Assembly: GCA_000388065.2 (NCBI GenBank)
Contig: KB932201.1
DNA length: 11,065 nt
Source of the DNA: Fonticula alba ATCC 38817
Taxonomy: Eukaryota > Protista > Nucleariida
Direction: 5' to 3' (one strand)
The notes under the pieces were generated by a model that made no database searches, had not been told where the DNA came from, and was given only the letters and a program-made list of their open reading frames with translations. The position numbers and the translations under genes are program-made. This document shows, in pieces, positions 1 through 7,568 of the stretch (the stretch's first letter is position 1; every line of letters begins with the position of its first letter).

Positions 1-1008
1 CCGGCATGTGGCGGGCAAAGGGCTCGGCCGGGATGCGCCTGTTGCCACACGGGCGCGCCCTGGCCCATCGGTGGATCCCTCGCGGTGGGCTCATTTCCTC
101 CCGCCCGGGTTACCATGGACGTTCTCGGGGGTGGAGACTTCCCCGCCCGAGCCGCGTGTGGGGATGTGCGGGCGTGCGAGGGAACTCCGCACCCGAGCCG
201 GGGGGGCGGGGGCGGGGGCAGGGGCAGGGAGTTGGGGTGCGTCAGGGTCCTTCCCCCGAAGGCACGCCGGCGATCAGTGCGCATTTGAAACAGCAGCCCG
301 ATCTTCACGACCCCGGCGCCCACGCCCCGCCACAGGCGGCGGCCCCGGCCCGAGCGGCCTGCGCAGGGCCGAGACGTACGCGAGCCTCCTCGGCGCGCCA
401 GCTCGCCGGGAAGGCATGTCGGCTTGCGGACCCGCCGCCATTCCTCCCAGCGGCGCCGGTGCCTTCTTCCTCGGAGTCTAGCGGCATCACGTTCTGACTT
501 TGGTTGGTTCTTTTCTGCCCGACCGACCAACACGGCCTGCTACTTTTGGAGACAAAAAACACCCATCCGCCCACGCCCAGGCGGGGGCGCGTGCAAGCAC
601 GGCGCCGCCCCCCCCCCCCCCCCGCCCAGCTGGCCTTCCACATGCGCCGCCGGTGTGCGGAGCAGCTCCCCACGGCCGGTGGGCTGATGTGCGCGTCCCC
701 GGGACCACAGGGCGCCGGGCTCGATTCACATGCCGACGACTTGCGCACGCGCACACCCGCCCCCCCTGGCCCGGAGGTATGGGAGCTTTCATTGTCAAAG
801 CATGCCGCGGACACGAGGGCGGCGGGGCGCCCGCGCGGAAAGGGCACACTAGACCCGTGGCTGGGCGGTCCCGAAACCCCGGGGACACCTCCCGGCGCCG
901 GGCCCGGCTCCGGGAAACGAGTTTGTGGGTTTCATCGTTGTTATTGTTTTTTTTCGCCCCGGCCCTTTCGATGGCCGGTCGGGGACTTGCACCACGGCAT
1001 GCCGGGTG

Positions 1009-1037
1009 CGCACGCACGCACGCACGCACGCACGCAC
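1009..1037. repeat. (CGCA)7 tetranucleotide microsatellite
   Basis: Perfect tandem units read directly. Confidence 0.95.
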
Positions 1038-1458
1038 ACCGGCCGATAGGCACACACGCGCGCACGCGCCGGGACCATCTCCACCGCGGCGGGACCGCCG
1101 GGCCCGAATTTCCGGGTCATTTTGTCCCGGTCCGAGTCCTTCTCCCTGCCGCATGCCCGTCCAGGGGTAAGCGAGTGTTGTGGTCGGGGGCGTGTGAGCG
1201 GATGGTCTTCCACCGACGAAGCACCAGGCTGTGCCAGGATGTGTTCCCGCGCTGGGTGGGTGAAACAAATCCACCCTTCCCCGGGTGCTCAAATAGTTCC
1301 GACTTCTGGGAGCCCTCTTGCGCCATACACTTGCCGCGGCACAGGGCGCGCACACGGCCTCTTGAAAAAGCAAAAAAAGGGGGCGGGCGAGGGGAGGCAC
1401 ACCAACACCGCGCGACCTCGCCGCGCGCACAGATGTACACACATGCACACGGCCCGGC

Positions 1459-1460
<2 letters not shown>

Positions 1461-1491
<31 letters not shown>
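1461..1491. repeat. (CA)15 microsatellite
   Basis: Perfect tandem units read directly. Confidence 0.95.
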
Positions 1492-1492
<1 letters not shown>

Positions 1493-1613
1493 GGTGACTT
1501 GCTCTTTCAGGCCCACCACGCACGTTGGTCCGCGGGTATTTCCAAGCTCCACCGTGTCCGCATCCACGCTCCCAGCCCCCGCCCCCGCCAAAGGGGCGTG
1601 CCTTTCGTCTCGT

Positions 1614-1636
1614 GCGCGCGCGCGCGCGCGCGCGCG
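1614..1636. repeat. (CG)11 self-complementary microsatellite
   Basis: Perfect alternating CG read directly. Confidence 0.95.
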
Positions 1637-1758
1637 AACTAGACCTCGGCGCTGTCCCCCCCCCCCCCGGCCCCCAATGTCTTTCGCTTTCTCGGCGCAC
1701 ATGAGGCAGAAAGCCGCAACTAGAGATGGCGGGTCTGCCGCGGGACCCTGTCTCAGTG

Positions 1759-2291
1759 ATTGGTCGTCTCCGGCGCGCTCGGGCGCGTGCCCCATGAGCC
1801 GGTGGAAACCCCACCGGCGGCGGTTCTCCCGGCCTCGCGCCAGGTCCTGCGCCAGGCCCCCGTCCTCCGGCCCGTCCCCNNNNNNNNNNGGGCAGGGGAG
1901 ATGCGCGGGCATGCACTCGCGAATGTGCCGAGAACGTGCGCCGCAGCAAACACGAGTTCCTTGGGCCGCCCACGAGAGGGGCGCGTGGGTGGAGGGCCAA
2001 CCCCAGTTGGAGGATGCATGACCGGTGCCACAGGGGCTGGCTCCGGCTCCACCCCCGTGTCCACCCCCTTCAATGGGCCCTTGTGTGCTCCCGCCGGCTC
2101 CCCCAGCCCTGCTGCCCCTACGGCCTTGCAGCGTGGTGTGCCCCCCTGCCCACAAACGCGCACATTGGCAATACACATGGGCCGCGTGTCCGGTAATCCC
2201 CCGAGCAATGGGTCGGCACCGGTGTGGCGGGCTGTGTCGCGAGCGGGACGCCCTTCGATTGGCCGGAATCGCGTGTGCGCGTGCATGCAAA

Positions 2292-2327
<36 letters not shown>

Positions 2328-2471
2328 GGCGTGCGCGCGTGTATGAGTGCATAAGTGTCCACAGGGGACCCTCGCACGGGCGAGGCGTGCCCCCCGGCAC
2401 CCCGGGCGCCCCCGCCATGTTGGTGGAGGCGGCGCCTGCATGCCGGCGCAGCGCCCTTCCGAAAAAAGAAC

Positions 2472-2503
<32 letters not shown>

Positions 2504-2540
2504 NNNNNNNNNNCCCCCCCCTCCCATCATCTCAGCCAAT
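1759..2540. promoter_or_regulatory. Candidate promoter region with CCAAT boxes (ATTGG at 1759, 2164, 2258; CCAAT at 2536)
   Basis: All four fit RCCAATS and lie upstream of the putative leader exon. CCAAT also occurs elsewhere in the window, so the enrichment is modest. Confidence 0.25.
2295..2323. repeat. (GT)14 microsatellite inside a longer alternating purine-pyrimidine region (2270-2345)
   Basis: Perfect tandem units read directly. Confidence 0.95.
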
Positions 2541-2603
2541 CTTAGACTCTCCCTCGCCAGATCTCCTCGCTTGACCATCCGCCGATCGAAGGAGCAATTG
2601 ATG

Positions 2604-2898
2604 GTGCGCCGGCATTCCTGCGCATGCTCTCGGCTCTTATATTTTCCCCATCCCCATATCTGACCTCCGATCTTGGGACTTCTTCTTGTCTTCTTCCCTG
2701 CTCCCTGCTCGGTGATCCCTGCTCCCTGCTCCCTGCTCCCTGCTCCCATATTCCCCTCACACCCTTACCCGTGCCTTTTCCTTTCATGCATCTTTCCACA
2801 TTTCCCCCCTGACTCCTGTGTCAAACTCCTCTCCCCCCTCCCCCCTCCCCTCCTCCCTCTCTCCCCTCTCCTCTTCTCTCTTTTCTCCTCACACACAG
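2604..2898 (+). other. Probable intron upstream of the main ATG (5' leader intron)
   Basis: Donor GTGCGCC at 2604 is the same 7-mer as the donor at 5503. Branch-like CCCTGAC at 2807-2813, ~80-nt pyrimidine tract, and the first AG after the branch is CACACAG| at 2898. Confidence 0.5.
2694..2749. repeat. Heptamer tandem repeat, ~8 x CTCCCTG (degenerate units)
   Basis: ttccctg ctccctg ctcggtg atccctg ctccctg ctccctg ctccctg ctcccat; lies inside the putative leader intron. Confidence 0.85.
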
Positions 2899-3042
2899 GA
2901 ACCATCTTCCCCTTTCTCCACCCTCCTGCCCCTCCTCTCCCTGGTCCACACCATTTGGTAGCCAACACACGCTGCCCTGTCGACGCCATCCTCCTTCTCT
3001 CCCTCCTCCGCCCCAACCCTCGCGCGACCCAGCTCGGTGCCC

Positions 3043-3355
3043 ATGCAGCACCAGTCAAGCAGCGACTTCTCCATTCAAGGCTCCTCCGGCCTTCCGTCGT
3101 TGAACCTGTCCAGCCAGCAAACTTCCTTCGCCGCTGCTGCCGCTGCCTCAACCGCCGCCACCGCCACTTCCGCCACTCTTGCCAGCGTCGGCACGTCGCC
3201 TAGCGGTCTTCCACAGCACCTGAACCAGTGCTCCTCCTCCACCTTGTCTGCCAATCTCAATCTCGGCGCTCTATCACAGGCCGCCCACGTTGGCCCCTCC
3301 GAGATCACCTCCGCTCAGGGATTCCTCCTAAACGGCAACCACCTGCAAGTCAACG
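3043..3355 (+). CDS. Coding exon 1 (MQHQSSSDFSIQ...NHLQVN), S/A-rich
   Basis: ATG at 3043 (the track start at 3037 is GTG). Ends at G|GTCCGT, phase 1. Reading on into the intron hits TGA at 3373-3375. Confidence 0.7.
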
Positions 3356-3899
3356 GTCCGTGGTCTTCCCTTTGAGCATGCCTTTTCTCGTCCTCCATCG
3401 CCGGCCCCCTGTCCTCCTCCCTCCGGCTGCCTGACTGACTGCGTGTCCTTCACCTATCCTTAGTTCCCAGCGGCCTTATTCTTGTCAATCATTCCACCAT
3501 CCAGTCTTCTCCCACCGGCAGCTCCTTCCATTCCTGCGGCTCCGCCAGTGTTGGTACCTCCGCTCCCCCCTCTTGCTCCTCGGCCGCTGCCAGCGCCTGG
3601 GACGACGGGTCCTTGTCGATGAAGAAGATCGAGCTCAGCATCCCTCAATTGACTGGTATGTCGTGCTTCGGCCCCCCCCCCCCTCTCTCTCTCCCTCTTC
3701 CCGCCCTTCTTGCCTCTCCCTCTCACACACATACACATTTTCAGATATTCCGACCATGGCGCTCGGCATCCACGCCGGGTCTTCGTCGGAGGGCGCCCCC
3801 AGTGCGACGCAATACCTCCATCAAGGAGGCTACTCCCAACTGAAGAACATTCAGCAGCCCTTCCATCAACCCTTCCATCATGCTCATGGCCAGCAAACT

Positions 3900-3935
<36 letters not shown>

Positions 3936-6767
3936 CAGCAACAGCAACAGCAGCAGCAGCAGCAGCAGCAGCACGTTTACCAGCAGCAGCAGCAGCAGCA
4001 GCCACAGCAGCATTATAGCCAGCTCCAGCTCCAGCAGATCCAACAGCTCCAGCTCCAGCGACGCATTCAGCAGCAGCAGCAGCAGCTTCAACAGCAGCAG
4101 CAGCAGCAGCAGCAACTGCGTTTGCAGCAGCAGCTTCAATTCCAACAGCAGCAGCAGCAACAGCAACAGCTTCAACTTCAGCAGCACCTCCAACAGCAGT
4201 CCCATGGTGGTGCCGACCTGAGTCCCATTCACGCACACCTCCACCAATCTTATGCGGCCGCCGCTGCTGCTGTCGCTTCCGCCACTGCGACCTCCCCCTC
4301 GCAAATCGGCGGTAATGGCCTGTCTCAAGTGAAGCCCCTCGGCAACAATGGACATGCCCACCCCTCTGCCGTATCCTTTTCCGGCCTACAGCCGATGCAA
4401 GGCAATCAGATGAAGTCCCTCCAACAGCAGCAGCAGCAGCAACAACAACAACAACAGTCGCAACACCAGCACTGCGCCAGCCAGCCAGGCATGACAATGT
4501 TCCAACAGCCCCATATCCCCGCGGTTGGCGGAGGCACCGGTGGCTATTCCCAGCCGCCCCAGTCCGCGAGCACAGCAAACGCCCACTTTCAGATTCCCCT
4601 GCCCCAGTCGACTTCGCAGCTGCCCTTCTGCGAGGTCGGCCAGCCGGTGCCCTTCCCCTCACAGCCGGGAACGTCGTCCACCGCGGCGGCTGCCGCTGTT
4701 GCTGCGGCTGCCGTCGCGCAGCTCCTCCACCACCACCCGGATCAGACCGGAGGCTCCATGCATGGCGACCTGTTGATGTCGTCTCCGAATAAGGGCGGCA
4801 CGGGTGCCTTTTTGTCGGCCAGTCGCGAGGCGTCGGAGGTGGCTGCCGCGGCCGCGGTCCTCCACGGCGCTGGCGGCCTCCCCTCATGGGGGGCTGACCT
4901 GTCCGCCAGTGGTGCGATGACTGCTTCACACTCTGGTATGCACTTGCCATCCTCCACCTGGGAAACCTGTTCCCCCCTCCCGCTCCATCACTGACCAGTC
5001 AATTTTTCCTTTGCTTTCCCCTCTCTGTCTCTCTCCTTCTCTCTTTCTCTCTTTCTCTCCCTCTCTCTTTCTCTCCTTCTCTNNNNNNNNNNTTCTCTCT
5101 TTCTCTCTTTCTCTCCCTCTCTCTTTCTCTCCTTCTCTTTTTCTCTTTTTCTCTCTTTCTCTCTTTCTCTCCTTCTCTTTTTCTCTCTTTCTCTCTTTCT
5201 CTCCTTCTCTTTTTCTCTCTTTCTCTCCTTCTCTTTTTCTCTCTTTCTCTCTTTCTCTTTTTCTCTCTTTCTCTCCCTCTCTCCCTCTCTCCCTCTCTCC
5301 CTCTCTCCTTCTCTCCTTCTCTCTTCCTCATCATGCATGCTCTTCAGCATCTTCCTTGGCAGACATGAGCGGAGCCAACTCGCCCACACACTCGGGCCGC
5401 GCTGCCTCAATTGGCAAGCAGCCCCTTGCGTCGTTGACTTCGACGTCGGTCAGCACTGACCTTGCTCGGCCCTCGTCGGCTGACGCCTCGGCCTCCTTCT
5501 CTGTGCGCCTCCACCCAAGTATTGTGTGCTCCCCCCCCCCCTTCCCCCCCTCCTCCCCTTTCCCTTCCAGCTTTTTCTTCGCATTTCTCTCCTTTTCATA
5601 TTCTCCCTCTCCTGGCGTGCCTCTTTTCTTTTCGTCTCCATCCACTGACCTCGAATGATGGTATACATTCCATGCTCTCCTCTCTGGGGCTTCCTCCCCT
5701 CTCCCCCCCCTCTCTCTCTCCGCTTCCAAAAGTCGCCTATCTCAGATATGACTGCTGCATCCAGGGTCAAGGTGGGACCCCGAAAGGGGCTTGGTATGTG
5801 TCCATGGATATCAGGAGGAGAGGCAAACGGCGGGGCTCGGGTCTCGCCGGTCAATCTCCCCCAACTCCGTCCTTCGAAGATGGGCAATCGCCACAAGGCA
5901 ACCTCCCCTTCTCGCTCCGTCTTCCTAACTCCCTGTTGGCTCTTTCGCCCGCGCCCTTGCCCCCCAAAAAGCCTCCGCAGCCGGTGTTGGCAATCCCCTT
6001 TCTTCCACCCCGTCATCCGGCCGGCGAGTGACCAAACGCGACCGGCGCCGGATAGTCACCAAGAAGGTACCCGCACTTTCTGCCCCCCCCCCCCCCTCCC
6101 CGCTCCCCACACCCGCCTTCGGAGGCCGGGGATCCCTCGCAGCCGTTGCCGGCGCCAGACAGCCGGGCCGCGCTTTGCCCTGAGGACCGCCAAAATGGCA
6201 CCTCATGTCCAGATTCCACGCGGGTTAACCGCCACTGCCGGCAAATGCCAGCACCCGGCGGCGGTGCTCTCGATAATCGGCAAGAAGGTACCCGCACTTT
6301 CTGCCCCCCCCCCCCCCTCCCCGCTCCCCGCTCCCCCTTCTCTTCTTGACCTGGTGCCTCTGACACACATCTCCCCCTCTTTGCAGTTCTTCCAATGCAA
6401 GGAACCCGGCTGCACGCGGGACTTTGGCCGCCTGGAGCATCTCCGCCGACACAGCCTCACACACTCCGGCGCTCGGCCCTTCATCTGCTGCTTCGCCGGG
6501 TGCTCGAAGTCCTTTGCTCGGGCGGATAACCTTCGTCAGCACGAGCGCACCCATGCGGCCGGGGCTCGGCGCGGGGGGTCCGGCCGGCGACGCAGCTCCA
6601 CCACCACCACCCTGTCGAGCCTCACTCCCGGCACCGCCGGAGAGGATGACGACGAGGTGCTCCTGACCCACTCGGTAGATGGCTCCTCCGGGGCTGAGGA
6701 CGATGGCATTGTCACTCCCGAGGACAATCACGACCGGCTGTCGTCTGGCGGGCCAGCCGGCCTCTAG
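3043..6767 (+). CDS. Spliced C2H2 zinc-finger transcription factor with polyQ region (Msn2/Msn4/Usv1-type recognition helices), ~795 aa; join(3043..3355,3464..3655,3745..4935,5348..5502,5733..5793,5972..6066,6387..6767)
   Basis: All six introns are GT-AG (donors GTCCGT, GTATGT, GTATGC, GTGCGC, GTATGT, GTACCC) with pyrimidine tracts; five have a clear YTRAC/YTCAY-like branch point. Phases match at every junction. Exons sum to 2388 nt = 795 aa + TAG with no internal stop. The true start is uncertain (see the uORF finding). Orthology is not established, so no symbol is given. Confidence 0.8.
3464..3655 (+). CDS. Coding exon 2 (VPSGLILVNH...SMKKIELSIPQLT)
   Basis: Acceptor CCTTAG| at 3463 is the first AG after CTGACTGAC (3431-3439). 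Frame is open to donor G|GTATGT at 3656. Confidence 0.75.
3745..4935 (+). CDS. Coding exon 3, polyQ / Q-rich and poly-Ala low-complexity exon
   Basis: Acceptor TTTTCAG| at 3744. A phase-1 join gives GAT ATT CCG ACC ATG, in frame with track ORF 3573..4994. Donor G|GTATGC at 4936. Confidence 0.85.
3891..4199 (+). repeat. CAG/CAA trinucleotide repeats encoding polyQ (uninterrupted Q24 at 3900-3971)
   Basis: Direct reading of CAG/CAA codons in exon 3. Confidence 0.95.
4422..4457 (+). repeat. Second polyQ tract (Q12)
   Basis: CAA (CAG)5 (CAA)5 CAG in frame in exon 3. Confidence 0.95.
5028..5329. repeat. Pure polypyrimidine (CT-rich) satellite in intron 3
   Basis: No purine on the + strand for ~300 nt (includes a 10-N placeholder). 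Recurrent CTCTCTTTCTCTCCTTCTCTTTTT-type units. Confidence 0.95.
5348..5502 (+). CDS. Coding exon 4 (ASSLADMSGANSPTHSGR...ASASFS)
   Basis: Acceptor TCTTCAG| at 5347 follows a ~300-nt pyrimidine tract. Phase-1 join is in frame. Donor GTGCGC at 5503 (GTATTG at 5519 is a possible alternative). Confidence 0.7.
5733..5793 (+). CDS. Coding exon 5 (SPISDMTAASRVKVGPRKGL)
   Basis: AAAAG| at 5732 is the first AG after branch CACTGAC (5643-5649). Strong donor G|GTATGT at 5794. Confidence 0.65.
5972..6066 (+). CDS. Coding exon 6 with basic NLS-like motif (ASAAGVGNPLSSTPSSGRRVTKRDRRRIVTKK)
   Basis: Branch CCTAAC at 5924-5929, first AG at 5971 (an in-frame CAG alternative lies at 5980). Frame 1 gives a basic stretch ending AAG AAG|GTACCC in phase 0, matching the zinc-finger exon. 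Confidence 0.6.
6060..6329 (+). repeat. Exact 49-nt direct repeat (6060-6108 = 6281-6329) containing the exon-6 splice donor
   Basis: CAAGAAGGTACCCGCACTTTCTG-C14-TCCCCGCTCCCC occurs twice, offset 221 nt. Confidence 0.95.
6387..6767 (+). CDS. Coding exon 7: two tandem C2H2 zinc fingers plus acidic tail
   Basis: Acceptor TTTGCAG| at 6386. FQCKEPGCTRDFGRLEHLRRHSLTH - SGARP linker (TGEKP-like) - FICCFAGCSKSFARADNLRQHERTH at 6390-6554 fits C-x4-C-x12-H-x3-H twice. Stop TAG 6765-6767. Confidence 0.93.
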   Translation, partial: FFQCKEPGCTRDFGRLEHLRRHSLTHSGARPFICCFAGCSKSFARADNLRQHERTHAAGARRGGSGRRRSSTTTTLSSLTPGTAGEDDDEVLLTHSVDGSSGAEDDGIVTPEDNHDRLSSGGPAGL

Positions 6768-7071
6768 AAACCGAAGATGCGGCTGTGGATGCGCGCTGCG
6801 CGTGCACACATGGCCGCATGCACACATATCTTCCCCTTCTCCCCTCCGTTTGCTGCTCCCTCTGCTACTTCCCTTTCAACGATGCTGGCACATCCGCCCA
6901 AGATGAAGAGCGAAGGACCGGACACGCTGAAGGCCACACCCGAGAGTGCGCGCATGCTGTATGTGCATGTCTGCCAAGAAAGTTCCCCGAGGCAGACAGA
7001 ATCAAACAGGGACGCGGCAAGAAGACGACGCGCATGGAAGACTGGATCGTTGCCGAATGAGGGATTGGAGC

Positions 7072-7092
7072 AGAGAGAGAGAGAGAGAGAGA
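7072..7092. repeat. (AG)10 microsatellite
   Basis: Perfect tandem units read directly. Confidence 0.9.
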
Positions 7093-7493
7093 AGAAAGAG
7101 GAGGAGTAGGCCTTTTTGTGTCTCTGGCACAGCCTCACCCCGAGCAGCATGCCCTCTCCTTTCCCCCTGTTTCTTGCTCCTCTGCCCGAGTATCCTTCCT
7201 CTTCCTTTCCGTCTCTTCTTCCTCCCTCCCATGACGCCCCCTCCTCCCCGCTCCCTCCCCCTGCTCCCCCTCTACCTCTCCTCCCTCTCCGCCCTCTCCG
7301 CCCTCTTTCCCACTCCCCACCCACGCCTCGCTATTCCCTTTACCTCCCCCCCCCCGGGCTTTCCTTTCCCCTCGCTCCCCTCGGTATACCTCCCTCATGA
7401 AGCTCTCTCTTCGGCAAGCATTTCGACGCGCATATACAAAAGCCGCCCGCGCGCGCCCTGTTCAAGCGGACGCCTCAAGCCCTGTTACTGGCC

Positions 7494-7515
7494 CTCTCTC
7501 TCTCTCTCTCTCTCT
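7494..7515. repeat. (CT)11 microsatellite
   Basis: Perfect tandem units read directly. Confidence 0.9.
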
Positions 7516-7553
7516 CCCCCCCCCCCCAGCGCAGGGCCTCTGTGCGCGCGCCT

Positions 7554-7568
7554 ACAAAGAATAATATA
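7554..7568 (+). terminator. Possible polyadenylation signal (A-rich ACAAAGAATAATATA)
   Basis: A conspicuous A/T-rich AATAAT-type element ~800 nt after the stop codon. Not the canonical AATAAA. Confidence 0.2.

Noticed and set aside
200-237. G-quadruplex motif with six G runs / GC boxes
   Set aside because: The motif is real, but G and C runs occur throughout the window and it is not tied to any feature.
500-530. 10-bp hairpin TTGGTTGGTT / GACCGACCAA with two G-U pairs
   Set aside because: Short, low-complexity and without ncRNA family motifs; compatible with chance.
1377-2400. STRE-like AGGGG sites upstream (e.g. AAGGGG at 1377 and 1591) suggesting autoregulation
   Set aside because: AGGGG/CCCCT is ubiquitous in this sequence, so no enrichment can be claimed.
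500-2749. Long ORFs 500..1642, 849..2000, 1122..2021, 1289..2749, 1760..2545
   Set aside because: R/G/P/A-rich, run through microsatellites (HTHT, CVCV, RARA) and 10-N gaps, with no recognisable motif or consistent splice structure.
2944-2961. In-frame 18-nt micro-intron GTCCAC...TAG that would remove the uORF stop
   Set aside because: Far shorter than every other intron here (89 nt or more) and has no branch point or pyrimidine tract.
3880-4221. Poly-Ser ORF in a shifted frame
   Set aside because: AGC reading of the CAG repeat.
3460-4950. 496-aa minus-strand ORF (poly-Ala) and the poly-Leu ORF 3741..4361 opposite the polyQ exon
   Set aside because: The antisense of CAG/CAA repeats and GC-rich codons lacks stops. 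No domain features; fully explained by the sense exon.
4988-5410. Minus-strand KEKERKRE-repeat ORFs resembling a charged coiled coil
   Set aside because: Translation of the intronic CT satellite; crosses an N placeholder.
6777-7109. 110-aa ORF just after the stop codon
   Set aside because: Runs into an (AG)n repeat and has no motif; more likely 3' UTR.
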